A stretch of 64,000 nt of DNA from Promethearchaeota archaeon. Its GTDB lineage: Archaea; Asgardarchaeota; Thorarchaeia; Thorarchaeales; Thorarchaeaceae. Made by a program: the position numbers and the translations under genes. Position 1 is the stretch's first letter; each line of letters starts with the position of its first letter. The DNA lies in the NCBI GenBank assembly GCA_014728035.1, contig WJMJ01000046.1:64001-128000 (forward strand), given 5' to 3'. This document shows positions 50,712-60,824 of the stretch, in pieces. The notes under the pieces are model-generated. The model ran no database searches, had not been told where the DNA came from, and saw only the letters and a list, made by a program, of their open reading frames with translations.

Positions 50712-51734
50712 TTATGTAGCTTTTCTTTTGGTTTGTATCAAACGAATTATCGACAAAACAATCAACACAGTAGGAGCAATTAGTAGGCCAGCCCACACAA
50801 GATATCCAAGAGCTCCAAACACCAAAAGATGTAACTGGTTCTTTAGCTCTGTTTTCCAAATAGGATTAAGCAATAACCTCAGAGTGAACATCCCTAACAA
50901 TAATGGAATCAGTGTAAATACGATGGAAACACCAAACTCCCAAGTCGGAATTGCGTTGGATACAACATATGCAGTCTGAAAAGCAAAAGATGCAGCGCTT
51001 CCAAGATACATAAAACCACAGAGAACTGCAATAGACCATACAGGATCACTTACAGGTAAATTGTTTTTACGAGAATAAAGGAAAATTATTCCAATAGCAA
51101 TTAAAGCAAGAAAAGGAGAGAGAGCCAGTAAGAGATTTTGTCCTTCCCACTGATAGACTTGTAGACTGTAAACTGGTACTAATATCCATTCATCCAAATT
51201 GTAGGCCTCGACGTAGCCGATTGCCAGCATATACTCTCCACCATAATTCGGATCATGTATTGCAAGATAGTAGGTTCCTGTGGCATTTGCAGTAGAATCA
51301 ATATCTACAACTTTGTAATATGTACTAGGAGTGAAACCTTCATAGTATGCGTTCTCTGGAACAACTCCATCCAAAACAAGGTAGCCACTATCAGGAGAGG
51401 TTTCCACATAACTTGGAACAGAGCTGACATTACTCACATCAGGCCCCATCAAGACCACACCAGGAGAAAAACCAGTTTCACCAAGATGGACAGGGATTCC
51501 AAGTATTAGTCGGATTCGTTCGCCTTCATTAAATTCAAAACGGAAATATTGAGCCTCTGCACCTTCGTGAAGATTTTGGTATGTGACCCAAGATTTTATG
51601 GGATTATCAATATCTGCCGCAGTATCAAGAGTTTCGCCAGGACCGGATCCAATAGGGACATGACCTACAACAAACGGGAGTGAACCTATAATGGATAACA
51701 TTACAAAAAGTGAAGCTAACTTCCAAGATTGCAT
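50712..51734 (-). CDS. Membrane protein with N-terminal extracellular beta domain
   Basis: Signal peptide, YEGFTP..Y, GTYYLAI, four C-terminal TM. Confidence 0.75.
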   Translation of the reverse strand: MQSWKLASLFVMLSIIGSLPFVVGHVPIGSGPGETLDTAADIDNPIKSWVTYQNLHEGAEAQYFRFEFNEGERIRLILGIPVHLGETGFSPGVVLMGPDVSNVSSVPSYVETSPDSGYLVLDGVVPENAYYEGFTPSTYYKVVDIDSTANATGTYYLAIHDPNYGGEYMLAIGYVEAYNLDEWILVPVYSLQVYQWEGQNLLLALSPFLALIAIGIIFLYSRKNNLPVSDPVWSIAVLCGFMYLGSAASFAFQTAYVVSNAIPTWEFGVSIVFTLIPLLLGMFTLRLLLNPIWKTELKNQLHLLVFGALGYLVWAGLLIAPTVLIVLSIIRLIQTKRKAT

Positions 51735-51812
51735 AAATTTAGTAACAAAAAACCAACCTATAACTTTTATTTGGAACTAGTAGAGGAGGTGTATGCCTCC
51801 TCCGATAGTCTA

Positions 51813-53012
51813 TTAGAAATCAGGTTCGTTCTTTAATCCCCATTTTGGAATATCTTTCATAGCTGGGTCATAGCCATCAAAAACATGACGGCTGAGAATC
51901 AGGCGCTGAATCTCACTAGTACCTTCATAAATCTGATATAATTTGGCATCTCTGAAAAGCTTCTCCATAGGATATTGATCGATATATCCATAGCCGCCAT
52001 GGATTTGAAGGGCTTCGGATGCAACCTCCATTGCAGCATCGGTCGCATATGCTTTAGCAACGCTTGCAGGAACAGTTGAGTCGCCTGTTGTATCAGCAAC
52101 CCATGCAGCTTTCTGATAGAGTGCCCGGGATGCTTCAATCTTCATATACATCTCAGCCAATTTGAATTGAATGGCCTGAAACTCCTTTAACTTTTTAGTA
52201 AATGCTTCACGTTTCTCAGCATATACTCTAGCGTACTCCATTGCAGCACGTGCAAGGCCAGTTGCAAACGCAGCAATTGCAGGGCGGGTCATTGCAAAAG
52301 TCTGCATAGCAATCAGAAAACCCATTCCTTCGGAGCCCAATAGATTTTCTTCAGGCACCTTTGCATCTTTGAAAATAACAGAAGATGTAACAGATGCTCT
52401 GTGTCCCATTTTTTCAACTGGAGGACCAGTTCTAACACCTGGTGTGTCAGCATCCACAATGAAAGCACATAGTGCTTGATGACGTTTTGTAGGATCAAGA
52501 CTTGCAAAAACAGTAAAGTAATCTGCATAGGGTGCATTAGTAATCCAAAATTTTGAACCGTTCAGAACATAATCAGACCCATCCTTTTTCACCCGTGTAC
52601 GAATTCCGGCAACATCACTACCCATATACGGCTCACTACAGGCAAAAGATACGAACTTCAATTCTTCAACGAGTGGTCGGAGGTACTTCTCTTTCTGTTC
52701 ATTATTACCAGCAACAAGAATGGGTTCAGCGCCAAGACTGTTAACATAGATGCTAGTAGTCATGCCTGCACATCCAGCTGCCATCTCTTCAACCACAATA
52801 CATTGTTCTAAGGCACCAAGTCCCGGACCACCATAATCATCTGGAATTCCAAGATTCATAAGACCCAGTTCCCAGCATTTTTTTATAATTGGAAGGGGGA
52901 ATTCACCTGTTTTATCGTAATGATGGGCATACGGAATCATATACTCTTGGGCAAAATCTCGTGCCTTTTTCTGAAGATTAATCTGTTCCTCTGTAAGACT
53001 AAAGTCAATCAT
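51813..53012 (-). CDS. Acyl-CoA dehydrogenase
   Basis: FACSEPYMGSD, LNGSKFWITN, KMG, FQAIQFKLA, QIHGGYGY, IYEGTSEIQR. Confidence 0.96.
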   Translation of the reverse strand: MIDFSLTEEQINLQKKARDFAQEYMIPYAHHYDKTGEFPLPIIKKCWELGLMNLGIPDDYGGPGLGALEQCIVVEEMAAGCAGMTTSIYVNSLGAEPILVAGNNEQKEKYLRPLVEELKFVSFACSEPYMGSDVAGIRTRVKKDGSDYVLNGSKFWITNAPYADYFTVFASLDPTKRHQALCAFIVDADTPGVRTGPPVEKMGHRASVTSSVIFKDAKVPEENLLGSEGMGFLIAMQTFAMTRPAIAAFATGLARAAMEYARVYAEKREAFTKKLKEFQAIQFKLAEMYMKIEASRALYQKAAWVADTTGDSTVPASVAKAYATDAAMEVASEALQIHGGYGYIDQYPMEKLFRDAKLYQIYEGTSEIQRLILSRHVFDGYDPAMKDIPKWGLKNEPDF

Positions 53013-53093
53013 TTTTGCTCCCTCTGAAAGCTGTCTAATGGAAAACAGTATACACAGAAGTATAAGTTACTTTTGAATTAACAGAATAGTAAC

Positions 53094-55355
53094 TTATTGC
53101 TTCTGAGAAATTTGTTTGACAACTTCAGGAAGATTCCATTTCAATTCTAAATCTAGAGCTCCTTCGTCAGGTCCCGGACATCGTCGCACACAGGTTCGAC
53201 AAGCCACACAGAGCCAGAGGTCAACTTCAACAGTGCCGAATCCAGGACTCTCTTCATTTAGAGGAATATCAAGGTCTGAACGATTAGCAGCTAGATTTCT
53301 GACGGTCTTGTAAAATAAAGATCTAGTGCTTGGAAGAGACTCAAGTTGCGATTCAGTTATTTCAAAGAATTTTGACATCTGCAAATGTGGTTTAAGCTCA
53401 ATTGCATTTTCTGGACAAGCAATCTCACAAGATTTGCATCCAAGACATTTTGACGAGTCCCAATTAACAGTTCCAAAACCAAGTATTGGAGCATACCCCA
53501 TCATTGACTCGTATTCTTCAAGAACTCGTGGGACATCCACATCTACAAGGTCATCCAGAGTTACTTTAGGACGAGTACTTGGGATTCTCGCACGTGTGCG
53601 GTAGGTCATGGAAACTGCGGATTTTATCGAGTCCTCGACTTCTGTGAGAATATTTGAAGCAATTATTTTACCTTTTACTTCAACTTTGGCAAGTTTATCA
53701 CGGGCTTTAGATATGGTTTCAAGAAGATTAGCTAAGGTACCAATATCCCTTGGTTCAAGTTCATCAACTAAGTCTCGAAGCTCGGAAACAGCAGAGAAAA
53801 GTTGTGAAGCAATTACACTAACTGTTTGAAGTGCAATTTCTGCCTCGGAGGGGGTTCTTGGTACATCATACAACAGATATCCATGCTCTTCACCAGCACC
53901 TATTAGCAATTCATCTTTTTTCATTCGTAATAAGTGCCGAAAAACTCTATCTTGGGGAATGCCAGTTCTCTTTGCGAGATCTTCCGCAGAAGAAGCACCC
54001 AATTCTCGAATAAGAACAAGTAATGTGCCACGTTCAAGTTCACTATCAAGATAGCTATCCATTATCATCTTGTAGCGTTCCGGATCTAATTTTTCACCGT
54101 ATACATTAAGACCCGATACAAGATTAGGACCCTTTTCAAGCGTGATTTTTAGTCGGAAACGAGCGAATGCTTCAAGACCCGCGGAGATGAGCAACTTAAG
54201 ATCTTCTGAATCAGAGATTGTTTGTTTTGAAATTGCTGATTCGATGCAAGTATCTACTATATCACGCAGCTCACCCATCTGATCAGATAATGCAGTTGCA
54301 TCATATTCACCCAAAATTTGAAGGCGTTCATAGAGAGACTCCAGTTCTTCGGATGAGGACTTGACAAGATCTCTGTCATCTCCTTTAACGGACTTCTTTA
54401 TTGCACGCATTTGTTGAATGATGCGTTTCAATACAAGAGTAGTTTCTGGAACGGATCCAAGCACACGAGAAAAGACAGGAGCATGATGGTCTAAACCAAC
54501 CATTTCCACCTCACCCCGTTGTATCATTGAAACAATTGCATACTGGATATCTTCAGTAGGCGTTTCCATTAGTTCTCCCAGTTCGACTACTGTTTTAGAT
54601 CCCATATTACTCAGAATGAATAGGATAATTCCACGATATAGTTCTGTAAGCACATTTTTCTTTACTAATGTAAGAAATCTTGATTCATCGATACGGCCTT
54701 CTCGCTTCCCTCTCTTTAGTTGAGCGACGGTTCTAAGAAATGGCCCATATCGTGTTTTAGTACCAAGTTTTTGTAATTTGGAGAGAGATTCATCAGGAGA
54801 TTTGTCAATATTAGGAATAATATCTGAAAGAGATGAAATTATCGTTTGGAGATCTTCCTCAGCATCAACAGCCTCTGCTTTTGCTATATCCTCTAGATTT
54901 GAAACCATAGATTCAACATCGGCAACAAGAGAGGGGATTTTCTGCAGTTGCTCTGAGATATCCGTTTCGTCTTTTGCTGTTTCAGAGTCAGTAGTTTGTT
55001 GTAGACGTTGAAGGCGATTCTGAATTAGTTTCAAGAAGTTAGCTAATACTTTCGAATCCGAATGGGAGATAGCTTCGTCAAATTGGGAAACGGATTGAGT
55101 TAGTATACCAATATCTTCTACGTCTTCCAGTAATTCCATTCTCTCAGCAGATTGAAGAAACTCATCAAAGTATTTCGCAGGAAATGACTCTATTGATTCA
55201 ATTAGAGGACTTAACCGATTTTTAAGCTGGGCTATTTCCTCTTGCACTTTACCAAGAGAAACTGCAGACTCCTCTTTGAGGCCTCCTAGAACCATTACCA
55301 TATCTAGCATTCGACGTCTTTTAGGTGCTATTTCTTTAACCACAGGACCACTCAC
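53094..55355 (-). CDS. Coiled-coil / double wHTH / 2x4Fe-4S ferredoxin protein in the hdr operon
   Basis: Helical N-terminus; two ELxRG..L...G.....L HTH repeats; CLGCKSCEIACP and CVACRTCVRRCP; overlaps the upstream stop. Confidence 0.8.
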   Translation of the reverse strand: MSGPVVKEIAPKRRRMLDMVMVLGGLKEESAVSLGKVQEEIAQLKNRLSPLIESIESFPAKYFDEFLQSAERMELLEDVEDIGILTQSVSQFDEAISHSDSKVLANFLKLIQNRLQRLQQTTDSETAKDETDISEQLQKIPSLVADVESMVSNLEDIAKAEAVDAEEDLQTIISSLSDIIPNIDKSPDESLSKLQKLGTKTRYGPFLRTVAQLKRGKREGRIDESRFLTLVKKNVLTELYRGIILFILSNMGSKTVVELGELMETPTEDIQYAIVSMIQRGEVEMVGLDHHAPVFSRVLGSVPETTLVLKRIIQQMRAIKKSVKGDDRDLVKSSSEELESLYERLQILGEYDATALSDQMGELRDIVDTCIESAISKQTISDSEDLKLLISAGLEAFARFRLKITLEKGPNLVSGLNVYGEKLDPERYKMIMDSYLDSELERGTLLVLIRELGASSAEDLAKRTGIPQDRVFRHLLRMKKDELLIGAGEEHGYLLYDVPRTPSEAEIALQTVSVIASQLFSAVSELRDLVDELEPRDIGTLANLLETISKARDKLAKVEVKGKIIASNILTEVEDSIKSAVSMTYRTRARIPSTRPKVTLDDLVDVDVPRVLEEYESMMGYAPILGFGTVNWDSSKCLGCKSCEIACPENAIELKPHLQMSKFFEITESQLESLPSTRSLFYKTVRNLAANRSDLDIPLNEESPGFGTVEVDLWLCVACRTCVRRCPGPDEGALDLELKWNLPEVVKQISQKQ

Positions 55356-57511
55356 TTACTCACTTCCATCCATTTTCCTGCTGTGCCTTTGTGAACTGGT
55401 GTTGGACCAAATTCGTTGGCACGTCGGACCATCTCATTAATCGCATTTGTGAAACGTTCAGGTTCTGCACTGAACATTCTAAACATATCAACGCGTTCAC
55501 CATTCCAACCAATTGCACTAAGGATTTCACGAGCGACATCAACTTGCACCTGAGCAATTTCATTTCCGGTCCCACCAATGTGGCAACGGTCGGTTTCGCA
55601 TGCAGCAATCATAACTGTGCTTGCGCCATTTTCAAACGCCTTCAAAATGTCAATTATTGATACTCTTCCAGCACAAGGAACAGAGATCATGCGAGTGTCC
55701 GCGGAATACTCCATTTTTTGCGTTCCTACGATGTCAATTGTTGAAACTGAACACTCTTCACAGTAAAAACACAGTGTTAGAGGAGGGTCAGGCCCAGCAT
55801 TCTCAAGTACACCCTCAATCTCACTCCAAAGTTGTTCATTATTTAGAAAATTCAATTGAGTTGCACCAGAAGGGCAAAGGCTTTGACATACCCCACATGC
55901 GTGACAATTCAGTGTGTCTATTGCCGCCTTAAACAGAATCTTCTTCGATTCATCCACAGCTTCGGCTTCAGTCTGCTCAATCATAATGGGAACACCACGA
56001 GGGCATTGTTGTGCACATAAACTACATCCCACACAATCATCTATTGATAGAACAGCTCCACGGGATAGTTTTCTTATTTCGCCACCTTGAAGCTCATTAT
56101 GTATCATGAGGGCACCAGCCTGCGCCTCTATAATTGATTCGGACACGAACTGAGGTCGGGTGACAGCTCCAACACCCACAACGCCACGACGCCGTGTTTC
56201 ATTTCTACGTAATTTGCCATATAGTTCTTTTATGTGCCCATCATCCTCAAGATGATATCCAAGAGTTTCACCAAGTTCAGACAGGCCATCGGGAGGTAGT
56301 ACTGCAGAGGAGAGAACAACAAGATCAGGAGTTGTTTCAAAGTATTTATTCAGTAACGAGTCGTAAAATCGGAGGTGAGTTCTGCCATCTTGCTCCCAGA
56401 CCAGACTTACTCTCCCACGAATATAATCTACTCCATTTTCACGAGATTCTTTGTAAATCATTTCGTTTTCAAAGGGCACACGAATGTCCATGTAGATGAT
56501 TCGAACTCGTGCATCAGAATTGTTTTTCATAATTTCTAATGAGTTATCAATTGCAAAAGTACAGCATAATTTGCTGCAATCACGTTTGTAATCCTCGGAA
56601 CGACTGCCGACACATTGAACCATTATGACCTCCTTAACAGGTTTGTCATCAGAGGGGCGTCTAAGATCGCCAGACGACAACATTTGAGAGAGTTCGTATT
56701 GAGTGACCACATCAGGATTCTTTCCATACCTATATTCATCCATCTCAAATGGCTTGTATTCTTTGAAACCCATTGCGAGAACTACAGCGGATGTCTTAAT
56801 CGTATCCTGTAATCCTTCGGATTGAAAGTGTATTGTGAAATCGCCAAGTTCGCCTTCAACAAATTTTACTCTAGTATTGTATAGAATGGTGATATTCTTG
56901 GATTTCTCGACCAATTCAAGTCGTTCACTTAGAATTTCTTTACCGGATTTCCCAGTTGGAGCAACAATTGGAAGATGACTAACATGGCCACCAAGTTCGT
57001 CAGATATCTCAATCAATGTGACCGAATACCCAAGGTTTTCAAGGCTGAGTGCAGACTCTATTCCTGCAATTCCTCCACCAATAACTGTAACATGATTGGG
57101 GATGCTCTTTTTATCAGTAAGTAATGGAGTTGAGAGTGTAGCTCTTTTTATCATACCCCGAAGCATTGCAAAGGACTTCTCGCTTGCTGCTTGTTGGTCT
57201 TTATGGACCCAGTCAGAGTGCTCGCGAATGTTGACATAATGAATAAGTGAAGGGTCTTTATTTGCACTGGTAAGGAAATTATCAATACGGGGTTTTATCT
57301 TCTGGCTTGTACACGCTGCTATGACAACAGGGCCATTTTCAACCATTTCTGCAATATTTCTCAAACCATCTGGCTGACACACCAAATCATGAATTATGAC
57401 ATCAGAGGTGTAATCTATATCCTTGACTTGACCAGCTAAAGTATCGAAATCTAGTTCTAATTGTTTACCACATGTGCAAATAATAACCGATGTCTTCTTT
57501 TCTGTCATCAT
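55352..57511 (-). CDS. hdrA: HdrA-like flavoprotein fused to ferredoxin and MvhD
   Basis: CTCG, ACT, VNIRE, GGGIAG, QCVGSR..CSKLCC, YMDIR, two ferredoxin motifs, MvhD part (FYCEEC, VPCAGR, AACETDRCH). Confidence 0.9.
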   Translation of the reverse strand: MMTEKKTSVIICTCGKQLELDFDTLAGQVKDIDYTSDVIIHDLVCQPDGLRNIAEMVENGPVVIAACTSQKIKPRIDNFLTSANKDPSLIHYVNIREHSDWVHKDQQAASEKSFAMLRGMIKRATLSTPLLTDKKSIPNHVTVIGGGIAGIESALSLENLGYSVTLIEISDELGGHVSHLPIVAPTGKSGKEILSERLELVEKSKNITILYNTRVKFVEGELGDFTIHFQSEGLQDTIKTSAVVLAMGFKEYKPFEMDEYRYGKNPDVVTQYELSQMLSSGDLRRPSDDKPVKEVIMVQCVGSRSEDYKRDCSKLCCTFAIDNSLEIMKNNSDARVRIIYMDIRVPFENEMIYKESRENGVDYIRGRVSLVWEQDGRTHLRFYDSLLNKYFETTPDLVVLSSAVLPPDGLSELGETLGYHLEDDGHIKELYGKLRRNETRRRGVVGVGAVTRPQFVSESIIEAQAGALMIHNELQGGEIRKLSRGAVLSIDDCVGCSLCAQQCPRGVPIMIEQTEAEAVDESKKILFKAAIDTLNCHACGVCQSLCPSGATQLNFLNNEQLWSEIEGVLENAGPDPPLTLCFYCEECSVSTIDIVGTQKMEYSADTRMISVPCAGRVSIIDILKAFENGASTVMIAACETDRCHIGGTGNEIAQVQVDVAREILSAIGWNGERVDMFRMFSAEPERFTNAINEMVRRANEFGPTPVHKGTAGKWMEVSK

Positions 57512-57513
57512 AA

Positions 57514-58776
57514 TCACTTCCGGCTTTGGAGAATCTTGCTGACTACTGCACGAGCCTGTGTTACACTTTCTGGTACTTCTGCAGGGCCTAGAGCGCCTCC
57601 ACATGCATAAACATGGGGGCCAATAACAATCTCATTACCAGTAGTGATGTCCTCTGGTTTGAAATATCCACTCGAAAGAGAAAGACCTAATGATTGGGCT
57701 AATTCGGCAGAACCAATTGGTGGTTCTAGTGCAGATGAGAGTACAAATAGGTCCACATTAAACTTCAAATATTTGTCAAGTAAAGAATCGTAGACAATTA
57801 CATCTATGGAGCCATTATCACATTCTTCAACCCGAGTAACTCTTCCCCGTACAAATTCAACACCAGCATCTCGCGCATCACGATAGTATTGTTCGTGTCG
57901 ATCGTAAGTTCGTATATCCATATATACAACACTTACTTTTGCAGAGTTACGCTCCATAGCTATGATATTTGCATGTTTTATTGCAAAGACACAACAGATT
58001 TTGGAACAGAATGGATAATAATTTTCATCTCTGCTTCCAACACATTGAACCATCATCACATGGTTTGCAGGTGCTCCGTCAGAGGGTCGAACAAGCTGCC
58101 CCTCAGAAGGACTATTAGGATCAAGAATTTTAGCTAATTCGAGTTGTGTGATAACATTAGATATTTTGCCATATGCATACTCATCTAGTTCAGTAGGTTT
58201 CATTTCATGATAACCAGTAGCAAGCACAACATCAGAAACGGCTATTGTTTTTTCCGTTGGTTCCGCGTCCAAAGAAATAGCTCCAGTAGGACATTCTTTT
58301 TCAGCTGTTTTTGCGCCCTCATCCGATTTAGAGGGGTTATAGATAACAGCTTGAGGTTGACATTGTGGCGATGTGAGTGAGAATGCTTTCGAATGTTTGA
58401 GACATAGACCACACATAGTGCATTTCTTAGAGTCAACATAAACTGGACCGACATCCAATTTTGCTTGGAATGTTTCACCTTTGCGGATGATATCAGAAAT
58501 ATTGGTATTGGTATGAAGTACAATATTCGGTTGATCAATCATGGCACTTCTATAGAAGCATTTTCTGATGCCGGGTCGCCAGCGATTTCCTTCAAAACAA
58601 TAAAAACAATCATCAGTGGGGAATGCTTTGTAGAGATTAAGAGAATTCCCACCAATAGTTGATAATCTATCGATAAGAATCACTTCAATACCAGAATCTG
58701 CTAGTTCGACTGCAGCAGTCATTCCAGCTACACCCGCACCGATGATAAGGACAGGATCTGCCATGGCATTCAGCAC
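57514..58776 (-). CDS. hdrA: HdrA-like flavoprotein (short)
   Basis: GAGVAG, KAFPTDDC, QCVGSRD..CSKICC, YMDIRT. Confidence 0.9.
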   Translation of the reverse strand: MLNAMADPVLIIGAGVAGMTAAVELADSGIEVILIDRLSTIGGNSLNLYKAFPTDDCFYCFEGNRWRPGIRKCFYRSAMIDQPNIVLHTNTNISDIIRKGETFQAKLDVGPVYVDSKKCTMCGLCLKHSKAFSLTSPQCQPQAVIYNPSKSDEGAKTAEKECPTGAISLDAEPTEKTIAVSDVVLATGYHEMKPTELDEYAYGKISNVITQLELAKILDPNSPSEGQLVRPSDGAPANHVMMVQCVGSRDENYYPFCSKICCVFAIKHANIIAMERNSAKVSVVYMDIRTYDRHEQYYRDARDAGVEFVRGRVTRVEECDNGSIDVIVYDSLLDKYLKFNVDLFVLSSALEPPIGSAELAQSLGLSLSSGYFKPEDITTGNEIVIGPHVYACGGALGPAEVPESVTQARAVVSKILQSRK

Positions 58777-58777
58777 C

Positions 58778-59644
58778 TCATTCAGATAGGTGTTCTAAAA
58801 TCGGGTCAGCTGAAACACGATTCAGTTCCAACCCAACCTCCTCTTCATCCATTCCCATAGATAAAGCTAAAATTTGGGGATAAAGGAGAATAGGAAGATT
58901 GTAATCTTCATTATAGGAATTCTTCAATCCTAATTGTTGCAAATCCAATTGATTCCCACAGGCAGGACATACCACTGTAGCAAACTTTGCACCCGACTCG
59001 GACATTGATTTAAGTTTGTCACGGGCTAATCTAATGGCAAGAGGTTCGTTGACTGGAAGAACTGTGGCGCCACAACATTGCTTCCAAAGTGGATATTCAA
59101 TAACAGACGCACCTGTTACTTCTACAAGCTCACTAAGAATGTCTGGAGTGAATTCAGTCACATCCAGAGGACGAAGCAGATGGCATCCATAATGAATAGC
59201 TATACCCACACCATCAAGTGGTTTCGTGACTTTCTTTCGAATCTCATCAATACCAATATCAGTATATAGTGCTTCCACAAAATGACGAACTTTGATTGTA
59301 CATTTAAGCTCCAAGTCCATCTCAGATAGTTTCTCATTGACTTTTTTCAGGTCTTCGGGAGCATGCTTCAAATGATGTAAAACATCCTTCAAAGATCCAA
59401 AGCACCCGTTGCAGGGAGTAACTATATCATATCCGTTCTTTTCGCCGATAGCTAATGTGCGTGCATTTACTACTAACCAGCCAAAGTAATCTATTGCACG
59501 GAGATTGGGACTACCACAACATGCGACATCTTCCATGTAGATTAATTCCATTCCAAAAGATTCAGCAACACGAATCATAGAAGCTTCATAATTGGGGTAA
59601 TTGGCAGGAACACTGCAACCCATATAGAGATTATAAGATGGCAT
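58778..59644 (-). CDS. hdrB: Heterodisulfide reductase subunit B
   Basis: Two CCG domains (GC...CCG...PCNGC; YGCHLL...CCG...CPAC). Confidence 0.95.
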   Translation of the reverse strand: MPSYNLYMGCSVPANYPNYEASMIRVAESFGMELIYMEDVACCGSPNLRAIDYFGWLVVNARTLAIGEKNGYDIVTPCNGCFGSLKDVLHHLKHAPEDLKKVNEKLSEMDLELKCTIKVRHFVEALYTDIGIDEIRKKVTKPLDGVGIAIHYGCHLLRPLDVTEFTPDILSELVEVTGASVIEYPLWKQCCGATVLPVNEPLAIRLARDKLKSMSESGAKFATVVCPACGNQLDLQQLGLKNSYNEDYNLPILLYPQILALSMGMDEEEVGLELNRVSADPILEHLSE

Positions 59645-59646
59645 CT

Positions 59647-60186
59647 TTATTCATCACCTGCAAGTTTTCCAGTTCTTGTGCTTTTTAGAATCAACTTGAC
59701 AGCATCAGTTGAAAGACCTGGCACTTCGGGTTCAAGTTCAAGGTCCTCACGTTCCCAATCAGCAGTCACTTGATAGAGCTGTCCTTTTCCAAGCAATTCC
59801 TTTCCAAGTCCAACTATACTAGAGGGGACTTTACCAGCTTCTGCAGCTAGATTCTTACAGTCAAAGAAAATGTCTGTAACACGAACATTCTGAGGGCAAC
59901 GCTCTTGACATTGGAAACAAGTTAGACATTCCCAAATTTCGGAACTTGAAAGGACTTCATCACGCATTCCTAGTATGATCATTCTGATTAGCTGATGGGG
60001 TTTATGATCCCATTGATTTGCAATAGGACACGCCGCAGTACATGTGGAGCAGGCGAAACACGCTGAAAGCTCCTCCCCATTTGGCATACTATGTATTGCA
60101 TCTCGGAAAGATGAATCTAATGAAGACATTTCAATTGGTTCGATTAGAGTATCTGGCACACCGGCCTTGTCTTTAGTTTCGGCCAT
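59647..60186 (-). CDS. hdrC: Heterodisulfide reductase subunit C
   Basis: CFACSTCTAACP, IWECLTCFQCQERCP. Confidence 0.95.
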   Translation of the reverse strand: MAETKDKAGVPDTLIEPIEMSSLDSSFRDAIHSMPNGEELSACFACSTCTAACPIANQWDHKPHQLIRMIILGMRDEVLSSSEIWECLTCFQCQERCPQNVRVTDIFFDCKNLAAEAGKVPSSIVGLGKELLGKGQLYQVTADWEREDLELEPEVPGLSTDAVKLILKSTRTGKLAGDE

Positions 60187-60283
60187 GATTTCACCACAGG
60201 TTTGAATGCCTGAATAGTTATGTTTGCGAACTTACTGCCTATATTTAATCTTTGCAGAGTGACAACACATTAAGAACTCAATC

Positions 60284-60502
60284 CTATGGTTGTTGTTCAG
60301 CTGGAAGACCTCGACGATAAGCCAAGTAGAGAATGCAGAAAATAGGAGGCAGTATGAGTATCTCATAAAGAAGGACAGATAATAGAGGTTCCTCGGTTAA
60401 TGGGTATGACATACCACCAATTGCAGCGAATATAACACATATCACTCCTGCAATACCGAGTATCCAGTGTCGAGTTGGCTTCATGGATACAGAACTGAAC
60501 AT
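60284..60502 (-). CDS. Small two-TM membrane protein
   Basis: GAGGT SD, two hydrophobic helices. Confidence 0.6.
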   Translation of the reverse strand: MFSSVSMKPTRHWILGIAGVICVIFAAIGGMSYPLTEEPLLSVLLYEILILPPIFCILYLAYRRGLPAEQQP

Positions 60503-60529
60503 TCTACCTCTTAGTGCTTTCGTTCTGCA

Positions 60530-60811
60530 CTAAATTGAATCACGAACCAAAATAAGTTGAGAAAGAAGATTATCATGACTGGCATCAATGTACACTTGAA
60601 GTTTGTTAGTAAGTTCAAGTATGTAAGTAATCAGATTGTTAGGATTTCCATGTAAGGCTACCAGGGTGGTAGTTCGTTCATCTTTCAATAATCTGAACAC
60701 ATTAGATAATGCAACACGTAACTTTTCAAAATTAGATGCAGTATCAGTTTTTGTCTTAACCAAATCAGCAATTATAGCGGATAGTTGTTCTTCCACAAAA
60801 TTTTCACTCAT
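60530..60811 (-). CDS. Small all-helical hypothetical protein downstream of GINS
   Basis: AGGTGA SD, amphipathic helices. Confidence 0.65.
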   Translation of the reverse strand: MSENFVEEQLSAIIADLVKTKTDTASNFEKLRVALSNVFRLLKDERTTTLVALHGNPNNLITYILELTNKLQVYIDASHDNLLSQLILVRDSI

Positions 60812-60824
60812 GATTTTCACCTAA

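Noticed and set aside
55352-58776. Selenocysteine in HdrA or MvhD
   Set aside because: The FPTDDC position is TGT and the ORFs are uninterrupted, so no TGA read-through is needed
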